Origin: the human T2T-CHM13v2.0 reference genome, Homo sapiens
Length of the DNA: 64,000 nucleotides
Reading direction: 5' to 3' (one strand)
NCBI RefSeq assembly: GCF_009914755.1
Contig: NC_060926.1
Positions 1 through 12,129 of the stretch are shown here, piece after piece. Below the pieces are notes generated by a model. That model was not told the origin of the DNA and searched no databases. It was given only the letters and a program-made list of their open reading frames with translations. The position numbers were made by a program, and so were the translations under genes. Position 1 is the first letter of the stretch; each line of letters opens with the position of its first letter.

Positions 1-384
1 GTTTTCAATAAAGCAGTCAGGAATATTTCATAGTATTTCCCCCCTTTGTGAAATAATTAATAACAGAATAAAGAAAAGATATGAAGACTTGTTAGAAGTG
101 ACAAAAAGAACATGAGTAAGTTATCCTGAATAAATGGAAAAGTGCTGGGAAAGCATTGGAAAAGTTTATACAGGTGCTGTTCCTCATATATACAAATTTT
201 TGTTTTCCTCTCTAACCATCATTGTTCTAGCCATTCTGTGTCTTTAAGAAGACCTTTTGTGTATCACAGCCAGCAGAGATTGTACCCTCTCTCCAAATAG
301 CAACAGTACTTGTAAAAAGTATGTGAAGTCAAGTAGGATCTCTTCTAACTATCTTATGTTTGTGAAACACTTCTCTCATGTGGC

Positions 385-478
385 TATAAGCTTCCTGAGG
401 GCAGAGATGATTTCATAGTTCTTTTTTCACACCCGTAGCACAGTGGCAATCACCTACTGTGAAGATAAATGCTTACTG
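385..478 (+). mobile_element. L2 3'-end fragment
   Basis: tataagcttcctgagggcagaga...agcacagtggc...ataaatgctt resembles the L2 3' terminal consensus. Confidence 0.6.
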
Positions 479-1289
479 CTTAAAGCCAGAATGATTCAAT
501 CATAGTAATAGTTATTGGCTGCCTATTCTATGTCCCAACACAGGCTGATGCAGAAATTGCTTTCTATCCCAAGGGGGCACCTCAGTGCTTTTTCACGTAG
601 GGAATATTTTTCAAATATTGTCATACAAAGCTGAAGCACTGGGGTTTGAAGGTATGTAAAGTAGTCCTGAAATTCATCTGCGGATGTATGTTGGCCCTGA
701 CACATCTTCCTGGAAAGGAGGTGGAATTAATTAACTGCCTAATTCCCAGGGATAGGAGAGTTGAGGTTTTGGGGTAACAAAATGTAAACCTGTCTCTGAA
801 CATTAGGAAACTGGAATAATCAGTGGAATGCTTTAGTATCTTCATTAATAAAGGCACAGATTTTATTACAATGCTTTTAAGTCCTAGCAACACCAAATTT
901 TTTCCTAATCTATTGATAAACACTAAACCAAGAGATTTTCATTCTATGTGGAAAGTAAAAATATTGATTCCTATCATATTCTGCGTTCCGTGTGAAACAC
1001 ATCACATAAAGATGGGCATTTTGCTCTTGAGACAAATTTAGAGGTAGGCTCTTTCCACCCATTTCGCATAAGATAAAACTCAGGCTCAAAAAAATAAGTA
1101 TCTTTTCCAATTTCACAGAACTAAAAACAAGATGAGCCCTACATAAAGGATGTTCTATGGGATTTACTTTTCCACTTCTGCTTTCTATTGTATATGATTG
1201 TATGAAACAGGGTGGTATGCCTTAATATTCTTGCAACTAATTCTTAAAAATACAAGAATAATTAGAAAAATAAATATTAAAGTAGAACA

Positions 1290-1989
1290 ATTTCACATTT
1301 TCAGCTATTGTGTTTATTGAAAATTTAACAGTAGTTGCATAAAAGTACTTGATGTCATTATCTTTTCTTCCAACAGAAAAACAATAAAATCTATATAATT
1401 TAATTTTACATTTGAAGTAAATGCTAGTCACAATAACCTATAAAGTTATTCTCTGGAAAGTTTTTCTGTAAAACAAATGTTACTGTTTTTAATTAGACTA
1501 CATTGTATGCACAATTTCACATTTGATGCTGAAATGGGAAATTAAAGAATTCAATCTCATTGGCCTTAAGTCAGTTCAAAATAAAAAATAACATCTCATT
1601 TTGGAGTTTAAGCCATAAACACAGCTTTAAAAGTTCTGTTTTTGAAGTTTAAGTTGGTCTTTTTTCATCATTTGGAAGTTTCAATTTTTAGCACACGCTA
1701 CCTCGTATATATACACTCCTGTTTCTCCTGCCCAGAAAATAATGCCATTATAAAAACAGTTTTGAGAGGGTAAAACAAAAGCAATAGAGAAAAGAAAAAA
1801 AAAAAAAAACTCTTCAGAGATTTTCTTTGTAAAGATGTTTGGAGTAATTTCAATAGCTCTATCTCATTTGTAATGCATAGCACATTTACTATAATTATTT
1901 TTCTCTCAGATAGCCACTGCCGAAATCACTCCTGCTTAGCTTCCATCAGCAATGGATTGGGTTACCTAGGAGACGTGCTTGTATTCAAT
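1290..1989 (-). other. Candidate terminal exon / 3'UTR of an unidentified minus-strand transcript
   Basis: Minus-strand acceptor tatttttattctgttttag|ATTGAATAC at 1990/1989, about 700 nt of AU-rich sequence with no repeat I recognise, then AATAAA at 1318-1313 and a U-rich tract. Inferred from signals only. Confidence 0.45.
1313..1318 (-). promoter_or_regulatory. Candidate polyadenylation signal AATAAA
   Basis: tttatt on the + strand; about 25 nt further on the minus strand lies ttgttctactttaatatttatttttct (U-rich downstream element). Confidence 0.4.
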
Positions 1990-2759
1990 CTAAAACAGAA
2001 TAAAAATATAATTAAAATTTAGCTAAATATTCCAGTGGTCACGTCTTTGATATACGTTGGATGATCTGTTCCATTAAGAAACAGAAGAAAGACATAGGAC
2101 CTCATTGCACAGAAGCATTTAATTTTTCTACGTTGCCTGCAGGAAAAATTGTACACTTCCCCTAAACTGCTATTAAGGTTTCTCTATTACTCAAATCTAA
2201 CTTGCTTCTCTTGGGGTTTGCACCCTCCTAGGTGAAAGGCTAGGACTAGATACTGGACAAGAGGAAGTTAGAAGTGTTAAGAGTGAAGCACAGCTTCAAT
2301 AAGTACTTATTTTTCTTTCTCCAGAGCAGAGGCTAAGCACAGGACAGAGGTTTTACAGCAATCTTCAGGAGGCTGTGATATAAACATCCCCAGATTGTAT
2401 GGATAAATAAATCAAGGTATCCATAAGCTTGGAAATGAAACTGAGGTTGAAAGCCACTTATTAAGCAGTTAACTGGTCTTTTAAAATGAAGGATCTAGAA
2501 CAGAAATTAAAGCATGGCATTCCGTAAGTCTTTATCTTGCCCTCTCTTATTCACAGAAGGCATTGTTAATTGATCATGTAACTATCACTGAGGTCAAATG
2601 CTGTAACACACTCCTCTGCTGTGATCACCAATACTGTAGACTAGCCAAGAGAGTTAAAACTGAGCTAGTAGAACTAGAAAGTGTGAGGTAAATAAAGCAA
2701 AGCGATTAAAATTGGAGGCTGCAAGCCTATATACTGAAAATTCATTAAACTTCTTATCT

Positions 2760-2930
2760 GAGAGGCAAAGTTGCTTATGGTTAAGAAATCAGACTACAGA
2801 GTAAGACTGGGTTTGCATCCCACCTCTATAATTATGTCTCTGTGCCTAAAATGGGACAAAAATAATCTACTTTATGATGGTGTGAAAATTAAATAAACTT
2901 ACAACACTACCTGACACATAGCAAAGGCAG
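2760..2930 (+). mobile_element. MIR
   Basis: ggttaagaaatcagact...agactgggtttgcatccc...aaaatggga...acctgacacatag matches MIR. Confidence 0.65.
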
Positions 2931-3128
2931 TAACAGATAGGTGTTTTAATTACGTGAGACATGATGACAACTTTCCTCTAGCCCTAGGTTAGAAGTGACT
3001 CTTAAAGTGAAAAATAGGGTAAAATACTTGTCAGTTTTGTTATCCATCCTCTCTATTATACACCTCCTATTTGTCAATTGGTTTTTCCATAGAATCCTTC
3101 ACATACCTTTAAGTATTTTTTTAGGTGG

Positions 3129-3248
3129 TGTAATGATTGCTTTTATGAATCAAATTGGCTAGACTATAGCACTCAATTATTTAATTAAATCTAGGTGTTT
3201 CTGTGAAGGTATATTGTAGACGTGGTTAACACCTACAATCAGTTGAGG
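3129..3248 (+). mobile_element. MLT2 (ERVL) LTR 5' fragment
   Basis: tgtaatgattgcttttatgaatcaaattggctagactatag...ctaggtgtttctgtgaaggtat matches the MLT2 LTR start. Confidence 0.65.
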
Positions 3249-3520
3249 GAGGAAAAGATCAGCCCTGCTTTACTGATGTTTCTGCACAATGTATAGGCCC
3301 AGTGGACAGCTGGAGTAAGACACATGGATGTTCACCTTGCTTGGAAAAAGGCCATACGTATGCATGCACACAGATTCAGGGGCTGTGGACAATGATTTGG
3401 TCAAATGATCAGGTTCTTGAAGGCAAATATTTGGAAAATTGGTGACAAGTGGGTCTTGCAAGGATGTGTATGGATAGGCCTCTCCAGATAGGCAAAATTG
3501 GCAAAGATATCTATCTGTTC
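3249..3520 (+). mobile_element. ERVL internal fragment (RNase H region of pol)
   Basis: Degenerate ERVL motifs: cacacagattcaggggctgtggacaat (TDSWAVANG-like) and tggaaaattggtgacaag (WKIGDK). Confidence 0.65.
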
Positions 3521-4069
3521 CAATGACTTATCTGGCTATCCATTCACTGTTTCAACAGTCTTTATTATTTTGGCTGTAAAATAAAGTCTTGATCCTCCTG
3601 TTTTACTCTTTTTAAAAAAATGCTTTAGCTATTTCTAGTTTGCCTTTCCATATACATTTCAGAATAATCTTTTATGGAAATACAAAAATCTTACTGAGCT
3701 TTTGATAGGAATTTTGCTAAAGGCTGTGTATCAATTTGGGGAGAATTGACATTTTTACAGTATAACTCTCTCTCGATCATCTTTGATTTCTTTCATCAGA
3801 CATTTGTATCTCTCCACGTATTACATTTTGTTAATTTATACCTGAGCATTGCATTTTATTTTGATTCTTTGGTTTGAGGTATTTTTTAATTGAATTGTTA
3901 ATTGTTGCTATATAGGCAAGCAATTTATTTTTCTATATTAACTTTATATTGTATGATATTGCTATCACTTTATGTGACCTAATTATATTATCCATTAGTT
4001 CCAAAAGGGGTTTCTGTTATTCTTTAGGATTTCTATAATCATGTTAATTATGAAGATAATTTTATACCA

Positions 4070-4540
4070 TTTTTAATGTTTGTAGATACATAGTAGGTAT
4101 ATATATACTTATGGGATACAGGAGATATTTTTTTCAGGAGATGTTTTGATACAGTTGTGCAATGTGTAATAATCACGTCATGAAAAATGGGGTATGCATC
4201 CCCTCAAGCATTTATCTTCTGTGTTATGAACAATTCTTATACTTTTATTTTAAAATGTATAATTAGTTATTGAATATAGTCATCCTGTTGTATTATCAAA
4301 TACTAGGTTTTATTCCTTCTATTTTTTTTGTACCTATTAACCATCCCCACCTCACCCCACTACCATTCCAAGCACCTGGTAACCATCCTTCTACTCTCTC
4401 TATTTCCATGAGCTCAGTTGTTTTGATTTTTAAATCCTACAAGTAAGTGAGAACATGTGATATTTTTCTGTTTCTGGCTCATTTCACTAAGCATGATGAC
4501 CTCCAGTTCCATCCACGTTGTTGCAAATGACAGGATCTCA
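4070..4540 (-). mobile_element. L1MA (L1MA2/3-like) 3' end nested in the older L1M
   Basis: tacatagtaggtatatatat...catcccctcaagcatttatc...ttgcaaatgacaggatctca. Confidence 0.75.
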
Positions 4541-6677
4541 ATGTGCATAACTTTGTTTCATTTTCATGTCTTAATGCATTATCTAGGATTTCTAGGACAA
4601 TAGTGAATAGAAGTTGTAAAAGGGAACATCCTTACTTGTTCCAGATCTTAGGAGAAAGTGTCTAGTTTCTAATCACTAAGTGTAACATTAACTGTAGGTT
4701 TTCTGAAGGTGTTCTTTATCAAGTTAAGAAAGTTGCCCTGGATTTGTAGTTCTGAGATTTTGTTGTTTTAAATATAAATGAGGTTTGGAGTTTCCCAATA
4801 TATTTTCTGCATCAATTGATAGATCATTTTTCTTTTTAGCCTGTTAATGTGATGAATTTCATCTTTGAATATTGAACCAGCCTTGCAGACCTGAAATAAA
4901 TCCCATATGATTTTGGTGTATAATATATTTTATACATTGTTGAATTCAATTTAATATTTTGTTGAAGATTTTTGCATCTATATTTATGACAAATATTGTG
5001 CTAAAGGCTTTTTTATATAATGTCTTTATCGAGTTTTGATAATTAGGTAATCCTGGCCACATAGAATGAATTAGTAAGTAAGTATTCTCTCGTTTCTATA
5101 TTCTGCAAGAGACTATAGAGAAATAACATTATTTCTTCCTTAAATGTTTGGTAGAATTTACCAGTGGAACAATATGGGAGTGGTAACTTTTCCTTTGGAA
5201 GGTTTTAAATTATTGATTCAAATTATTTGGTATAGGCCTTTTCAGATTATCTATTTCTCTTTGAGTTTTGAGGTTAATTATTGATATAATTGGGTTAATA
5301 TCTACCATCCTAGTACCTATTTATTTGCTACATGTTTGTTTCTTCTTCCCCTCTCCCTCCATCACTTTATGTCTTCTTGTGTTATAATTGGTCATTTTAT
5401 ATGGTTTCATCTCTTTAGCATATCCATTATGTTTCTTGTTAGTAAGTTTTCTATTGGTTGCCCTAGATTTCCCAGCATACATTTTCCAGTAACCTAAATC
5501 AACCTTCAAATGACACAATGTTGCTTCATATGTAATGTAGGTACTTTATGACAAGAAGTTCCAATCTCTCCCTTCTTATGACCTGCTGCCATTCATTTTA
5601 CTTAAGTAGATGCTGTAATTACCACAATACATATATCAATACTATTACTACTTTAAATAGTTATCTTTTGGGTCAAATATGGAAATGAAAAAATATTTTT
5701 TTAATCTTTATTCTCCCTCTGACACTTTTCCTTTCTTTTTGTAGATCTCAATTTCTGCCCTCTATCATTTTTCTTCTGCCTAAAGAACTTTTTATATTTC
5801 GTTGCAGGGAAGTTCTGGTGGTGAATCCTCCAGATGTGCACAAGTGTCAGATAATGACTTTATCTTTCCTTCACTTATAACTTCGCTGAATATAGAGGTC
5901 TAGTTTTTTCTGTGGTTTTTTAAGTATTTATACGGCTTGTTTTCTGTGCGTCCTGGATCTGTGGTTTGGTGTCTGTAATTAACTTTGAAAAGTTATTGGC
6001 CATTATTACTTCAAATATTTCTTCTACTTATTTTCTTCTCCCCTGGTGTTTTAATTATGTGTATGTTACACCTTTTGAGATTCCACAGCTCTTGAGATGT
6101 TCCTGTTGAACTATCTACGCAGTTTCTAATTTGTGTCTCTGGTGTATCCAGTCTACCTTTGAGCTCAAAAGAACTTCATTTACATCTTAGGTTTTTAAAA
6201 AAATGTCTATCAGTTTGATTTGTGTAATTTCTATCTCTCTGCTCATATTACCCACATAATTTTACCTGTTTACTTTTTTATTAGAACTCTTAACATATTG
6301 ATTATAGTTCAATTCCCTGCCTCATAATTTGAAAACTTGTATAATATTGGAGTTTAATTCTCATGAGAACTTTATCTCTTCATAGCATCATTTAGTTTTG
6401 CTTTTACATTTTTTTTCCACTGTTTAACATGCTTTGTAATTTTTTGTTGTTGCAAGTCAAACACAATGTACATAGTAATAAGAACTGAGGTAAGTAAGCA
6501 TTTTGTATGATTATTTGTGCTAATCTGGCTAGGAGTTGGCATAAATTTAATTTTTAATAAAAAATTTAAATGTTTAATATTTTATGTAGCCCTAGTTGCC
6601 AGAACCTCAAACTCTTCTGACTTTTTTTTTTTTTTAATCTTTGCCACTCACTTTGGCTTCCCTAAGAACTTCACCTT

Positions 6678-7066
6678 TGTGGAGGCTGAAGCAACTTCAT
6701 CTTGGATGCACATCCATCATGTTGACTTCTGATTAACACCAGCTCTGGGAATGCATCTAAGATTTCTACTTTCACATACCATAAATTCTGCCCTTAGGTC
6801 GAAACAACTTTGATATTATTGTAAACATTTACTTACCATAAATCCTGCCCTTAGGCAAATTCCACATGGTATATAAAGCCTGAGTCTGGGCGCAGGGATT
6901 CACCATCTTGTCCCTTGGCTGCCCAAGACATGGCTTCTGTTTGTAAGTCCCTACTATTAATGAATGTTTCTTTCTGTGAAACTGGATTTGTCAGCCTCTT
7001 TATTCTGCCCCTTAGCTTCCTAGGTCTTTGGGGGTAGGTTTGCATAGACCCGCTCACTGCGGAAAA
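6678..7066 (+). mobile_element. ERV1 (MER4-group, MER93-like) solo LTR
   Basis: Starts tgtggaggctgaagcaacttcatcttgg, has internal repeat taccataaat(t/c)ctgcccttagg x2 and TATATAAA near 6870, ends ggtaggtttgcatagacccgctcactgcggaaaa. Subfamily uncertain. Confidence 0.7.
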
Positions 7067-7939
7067 ATTTCCAAGTCTATGTCTTGCGGCACATTTAACT
7101 GTAATCCACTATTTTTACACTAGACCTCTAATGATGTGAAGGTAGTATGTGTATGGGTGAGGGGGAGAAGCATTCTATAATCTCATTATTAAATCTTAGT
7201 CTTTCAGTGGGCCTGTATTTTAGGACTGTGATCTTCACCAGTGCTATAGTCCTCCTTAACATCCCCTGTAAAAAAACAAAACAAAACAAAAACAAACAAA
7301 CAAAACACCCCACCTTCCCCCTTGGCCCTCATTTGGTGAGACAGAAAAGCAGTAGGGGGCTGGCATGGGAGGAAATGACTTTCCCTGTTTGGGAAAATCT
7401 CTGATACAGTCTTTTTCTCAGGAGGGTGGGTGTTTGTTATGGAAAATGCTCTGGGCATTAAAAAAATAAAACCGCTCTTCCCTTTCCCCTGCCAGAGGCA
7501 AGAGGGTAGGTTTCTCAGATCCTCACCATGAGAACTCAGTGGGGCTCATAGTGGGGCTCACAAAAGTATGGAGAGCAGTAAGTCTGCAGCTCCTATAGTT
7601 TCTCATTAGTCCACGCTCAGCTCCAACAACTGATCAACATTACCATGTAAGTTGTCCTACCAGTTTTCTACTCTAGTGATTCCCGTTTCAGGTAAGCAGG
7701 TGTTGGCTATCACTCTGGATTCACCTGTCTCTCCACATTTTGAATTGCTCTAAAACCTCAGTTCTCTTGTCCAAGAAAAGTCATACATTTTCAATTTTTT
7801 GAATGCTGTTTTCTTCTTGCAAAAATAAGAGTAAAAACTCCTAACCTCTCTACATGTGAAAACTAAAACTGTGAGTCATTTAATTTTCTTTTAATGTAAG
7901 TAATTGAATGGTACCGTAAGGAAAAATATAAAAACTTAA

Positions 7940-8480
7940 CAGTAGTAAGAACAGAGCTATTACCACCCATCTACTTAAAGGGATGAAAGGAAGCAAAGAT
8001 TCCAAGAAGAGAAAGTTATATAGTGAATTTACTCTTGACAAGAGCTGTTTTTTTCTAGGAGAGCAAAGTTACTGTGTGATACCACACAGTAAGGAAGTTA
8101 AGTAAATAAAAACTCCAGTGCTGGGCTTGCTGGCTCACATCTTTAATCCCAGCACATCGGGAGGCCAAGGTGGGAGGATAAGTTGAGTTCAGGAGTTAAA
8201 GACCAGACTGGCCAACAAAGCGAAACCCTGTCTCTACTAAAAATACAAGAATTAGCTGGGCATGGTGGCGGGTGCCTGTAATCCCAGCTACTCAGGAGGC
8301 AGAGGTTGTCGAGATCACACCACTGCACACCAGGCTGGGCTACAAAACAAGAGTCCATCTCAGGGAAAAAAAAATACCCTCCAATATCAATCATTTCTTC
8401 TGACTGATCTACTACTATTCCCCCTTGACCATCTTATTGGCAAATAGCAGGCTGGAGAAGGGCAAAGGTTGAATCTGGTA
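7940..8480 (-). mobile_element. Degraded LTR33-like ERVL LTR split by an Alu
   Basis: taaataccctcc...ctgatct...cttattggcaaa resembles the reverse complement of LTR33. Confidence 0.4.
8120..8373 (+). mobile_element. AluS with deletions in the right arm
   Basis: Dimeric Alu with ctactaaaaataca linker; right arm collapsed between the two GGAGGC repeats; short A tail. Confidence 0.9.
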
Positions 8481-9339
8481 AATAAAACGTGTCCAGCACA
8501 GCTGCAATTGTTACTACCAACACTTGCTGGTAATAATAGCAACAATCAGCCAGGGTCATAGGAGGATAATGAGAATAATATCAGGGAAGAGAAACCTGGC
8601 TACTATGGGGAAATTCCCAGAACAGAAGAATTCCTGTGAGCTGAAGACTACCTCATTTATGTCTAGCAAATGTTCATAGTTTTGAATTGAATAGATTACA
8701 AGCTAGATTAGAAAAGGCATAGTTAGCAAGAAAAAATTTAATAAAACAGACTCCTGAAAGCAGGCATATGCCTGAGTTATTCCATACGTAGGGTATTCCT
8801 CTAGTTATAAAGCCCTCATATAGTCTCTGCTGCTGTAGCTTTTACCCATCTCTGTGGTTTAGTTCAGATACCATTTTTAAAATAAAACTGATTTCTCATA
8901 GAAATTAATCTCCACTTTTTCTGAATTCCTATAGCACATTTTGATTCCCACACATTTCTAATACATTCCATTAGTCATTATTAGATTTTATGTAGATATT
9001 CTTCATTCATTAATATATTTAAAATCACTTATTAAAGTCAAAGCATGGAAAAATGAAACCACATAACATTATAATAGAAATTAGTAATAATCTGGTATGG
9101 TTTGTGGTAGAAGTCAGAATTGCAAAAACAAGTCATGGCTAATTCACAAAATGCTAGGCCAGGCCAAGTGCGCCAAATTAAGGAGTTTGAAATTTTTCTG
9201 GAATCCTCAAGCGTTTCTAAAATAAGTAACTATGTATATGTCAAAGTAACAGTATGTCTAATTTGACCTAATAGATTATGTAGTAATTGCAACTAGGTAT
9301 TATTTTATCCTCATGCTTAAATTTCTCAAGAAACTGGTC

Positions 9340-9480
9340 AATTACTGTTAGATTGATTCATTTCTTTGTGAAAACAAAACTGAGGCTCAGAACAGTAAGT
9401 GATTGCCCATGGTAATGTAGCTAGATGGGGGCACAGATTATGTTCTGTTTCCTAGTTTTGAGCACTACATTACAACCTGA
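9340..9480 (-). mobile_element. MIR
   Basis: aaactgaggctcagaacagtaagtgattgcccatggt is the MIR core. Confidence 0.65.
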
Positions 9481-9937
9481 TGCAATTTCCCCTTTTTATA
9501 TTTCTGTTCATGTTCCTGTGCATGGTACCAACTAGTATAATTTCACAGTACAATGCTTAACACCTGCTTTCTGCTAGACTATGCATATTAGTGTATTTTC
9601 TTTGCCAAATGAGTCACAAGTGATTAGCAAACGTTAGGGAAATAAACTGAGTGGAAGAAGGGAGAGAGGCATTAGTTCTCATGAGTTCTCTCTATTTACA
9701 CTCAATGATAAGTCCCAAAATATTTCATCTAGATACAAGTTACATGAAAAAGGAGTCCATGTAAATGAATTGCCCGCCTGAAAAAAATTAAAAAAAAAAA
9801 AACCGTATAAGAGTGAAGTGCCATTTGATAATCTACAGTAGAGATAGGAGAAGTTTACAGTTAACATGCTTATATCTTTAGAAATATGTACGTAGAACTT
9901 TTGTAATTTGCCTGAATATAATTTTTAATACTTCAGA

Positions 9938-10222
9938 TCTGAGGTTTTCAAACTTTCTCTGTTCACCGTGCCCTTAGTATCTCAGTAATTTTTTCATAGT
10001 ACTCCTAAGCCGAAAGAAAGAAATCCTGTTTACTAAGCACTTAGGTACAAATAACTTACGTATTTCCTAAAAAATTAGCAGTCACTTAAAAAAAAAGGAG
10101 AAATTAAACACAATTAGCACCATTATTTACTGAAAGTATGTATGGACCTGTTTTCCACTGTAAAACTTTTCAAACCTCAGAATCAGACTGGTGGCAGCCA
10201 CCCTCATTTCCTGTTTCTTGTT
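9938..10222. mobile_element. hAT-Charlie DNA transposon fragment (MER119-like)
   Basis: ggttttcaaactttctctgttcaccgtgcccttagtatctcagtaattttttcat resembles a Charlie-type terminus. Confidence 0.5.
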
Positions 10223-10225
10223 ATT

Positions 10226-10350
10226 GAATTCATAACTCATAATTCATAATTTAATTCATGATTTAATTCATAGTTGAATTCAATTTATAATTCAATTCAT
10301 AATTAAATCCAATTCATAATTCAATTCATAATTCAATAATTATTCAATAA
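10226..10350. repeat. Degenerate (AATTCAT)/(AATTC) tandem repeat
   Basis: aattcataactcataattcataatttaattcatg...aattcaattcataattcaat. Confidence 0.85.
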
Positions 10351-10489
10351 GCAGGCTTCCACTGTGATTTCCTCATTCTGATTCTCTGTATTGTATATAT
10401 TAGAAGATAAATTGTTTATCATAATATAAATTTTGCTCCTGCCCCTTGCCCAACTGCTCTATAGAATTTTAGTAATAATTTTATTGATG

Positions 10490-11790
10490 TAAAAAATTAA
10501 AATTTCAGTGAAATAAATTTGTTACATAAATGCATGCTCATTGTAAACTTTAAAATCCAGTTGAATAAAATCCCTCTTAACTTTCTACCCATATCAACTA
10601 ACTACTATCTACAGGAATGATGACTATTGTTAACAATTTAAGGTATCTATTTTCACTGAAATAATTACATATGTAGATTTAGAAGTATATGGTCACATTG
10701 TATATTTTATATTAAAAATATTAGATTGCAAAATTAAAATTTCTTTTCATTTTCCCATTTTGGAGAAATCATTCTATATAAACAGGTATGAACTTACCTG
10801 GACCTCTTTTCTGCTGTTTAATACTATCTTGTGTGTTATGCTGGATAACTTCCATTTGTCTCTCCAGATCCAGTCTCCACTCTTCTCCACCCTGCTCTGT
10901 GTCCTGGGAAACCGAACTAAAACGACTGCCTAAAAGAACTCTTGATCTCCAATACCTTCCTTGCTCTATGGCTTCTGATTGCATCTGTCAGTGCAGTGAA
11001 AGCCACGGGCAGGAGATACAGAAAGAAGAAAAACAAGCCAAGTTGAGGCACTTATTTCCCATCTTCTTGCATACTTGTTTTCTATTTGCCATCTTCCCCT
11101 ACCAAGGGCCATACCTTTTATCAGGTGGTCTTCTACACACAGCTGTCACGAGTTTCCCATTAGGCCAAGAGATACTGGGAGTTTTCCATTGTTATAAACC
11201 CCAGGATACCGTGTTTCCCTTTCTGACTTTCCTAAACTTGTACCCATATCATTGTAAACAATGCCTTTATTAAAATATGTTCAGTTACTTAATTTGAGTG
11301 TGCCACTTGTTTTCATCCAAGTCTTTGACTGATGCATGAAGAATTGCTATATGTAATCTTTACTTACACATTTATAACTGTCTACAATGTTTGATATTTT
11401 ATACAATGCTACATTGAACATCCTTAAACATCTTTCTCTATAAGTACTGTGAGTATTCTTTTATAATGAATATTCTTTTATGGTTGATACCTGGAAGAAT
11501 AGTTTTGGGGTTAAAAAGTAGCTTCAATTTAAAAACTGATACACATGGCTGAAAGTCCTTCTAAAGATGGAGGAACAATTTATTCTCTCTCTGAAACTAA
11601 ATGAAAGCATATATTTTTCCATCCGCCCTCACCAACAGTGAATTTTATAAACCTTTCTTAACATGTATAAAATGTTACCTTTTAATTGTTTTAATGTGTG
11701 TTCACTGATTAGTAATGAGAAATGACCTTCTTGTAATATGTTTATTAGCCATTGATGCTTTCTTTCTAAATTGTTAATTCAAATCTTCTG
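10490..11790 (-). mobile_element. L1ME 3' region, interrupted by LTR33
   Basis: acaatgctacattgaacatcc; ccctcaccaacagtg; tgtttattagccatt are antisense L1M 3' motifs. Confidence 0.55.
10830..11336 (+). mobile_element. LTR33 (ERVL) solo LTR
   Basis: ttccatttgtctctccagatccagtctccactcttctccaccctgctctgtg ... attaaa ... tttgagtgtgcc...tgactgatgca. Confidence 0.75.
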
Positions 11791-11829
11791 CCATTACCAT
11801 GGGTAGAGGGAATGGCAGATGGAGTGATA

Positions 11830-12070
11830 TGAGAAACAAATGGAGCAGAGCTCAGGCTTCCCAGGCAAAACACAGTAACCAGCCAGCCCTGGCCAATTCA
11901 CTAACTGAAGGCAAACACCTGAGCAAGCCGAATTCTGATCAGTAATTCTGGCCCAAATCAATGGAACCTCTTGGCTGGTGTGTAGATTTATGAGGAAAAA
12001 AAAAAAAAGGCTGCTACTTTAAATCCTCAGATTTAAGTGGTTTGTTAAACAGAAACAAATAATTGATAAA
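11830..12070 (+). mobile_element. MLT1 (MaLR, MLT1G/H-like) LTR 3' part
   Basis: ggagcagagc...accagccagccc...gtggtttgttaaacag...aattgataaa. Confidence 0.55.
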
Positions 12071-12129
12071 AATCACCTGAATCACTTTTTAAAACATTGT
12101 ATTTATTTTATTATTTTGCTTTTATTAAA

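Larger units (their letters stand above)
3530..7870 (-). mobile_element. Old L1M (L1MC/MD-like), internally deleted, ORF2/ORF1 remnants plus 5' end; interrupted by an L1MA 3' end and an ERV1 LTR
   Basis: Antisense L1 ORF2 hallmarks (tatcaatttggggagaattgacat; agggaacatccttacttgttcc; aaatgtttggtagaatttaccagtg). Segment 7590-7870 is homologous to 25020-25245. Confidence 0.75.

Noticed and set aside
565-582. CTCF-like motif tcccaagggggcac
   Set aside because: Only the 3' half matches the consensus, which is expected by chance in 64 kb.
10788-11273. 161-aa ORF with a hydrophobic N-terminus
   Set aside because: Almost entirely within an LTR33; most likely a chance ORF.
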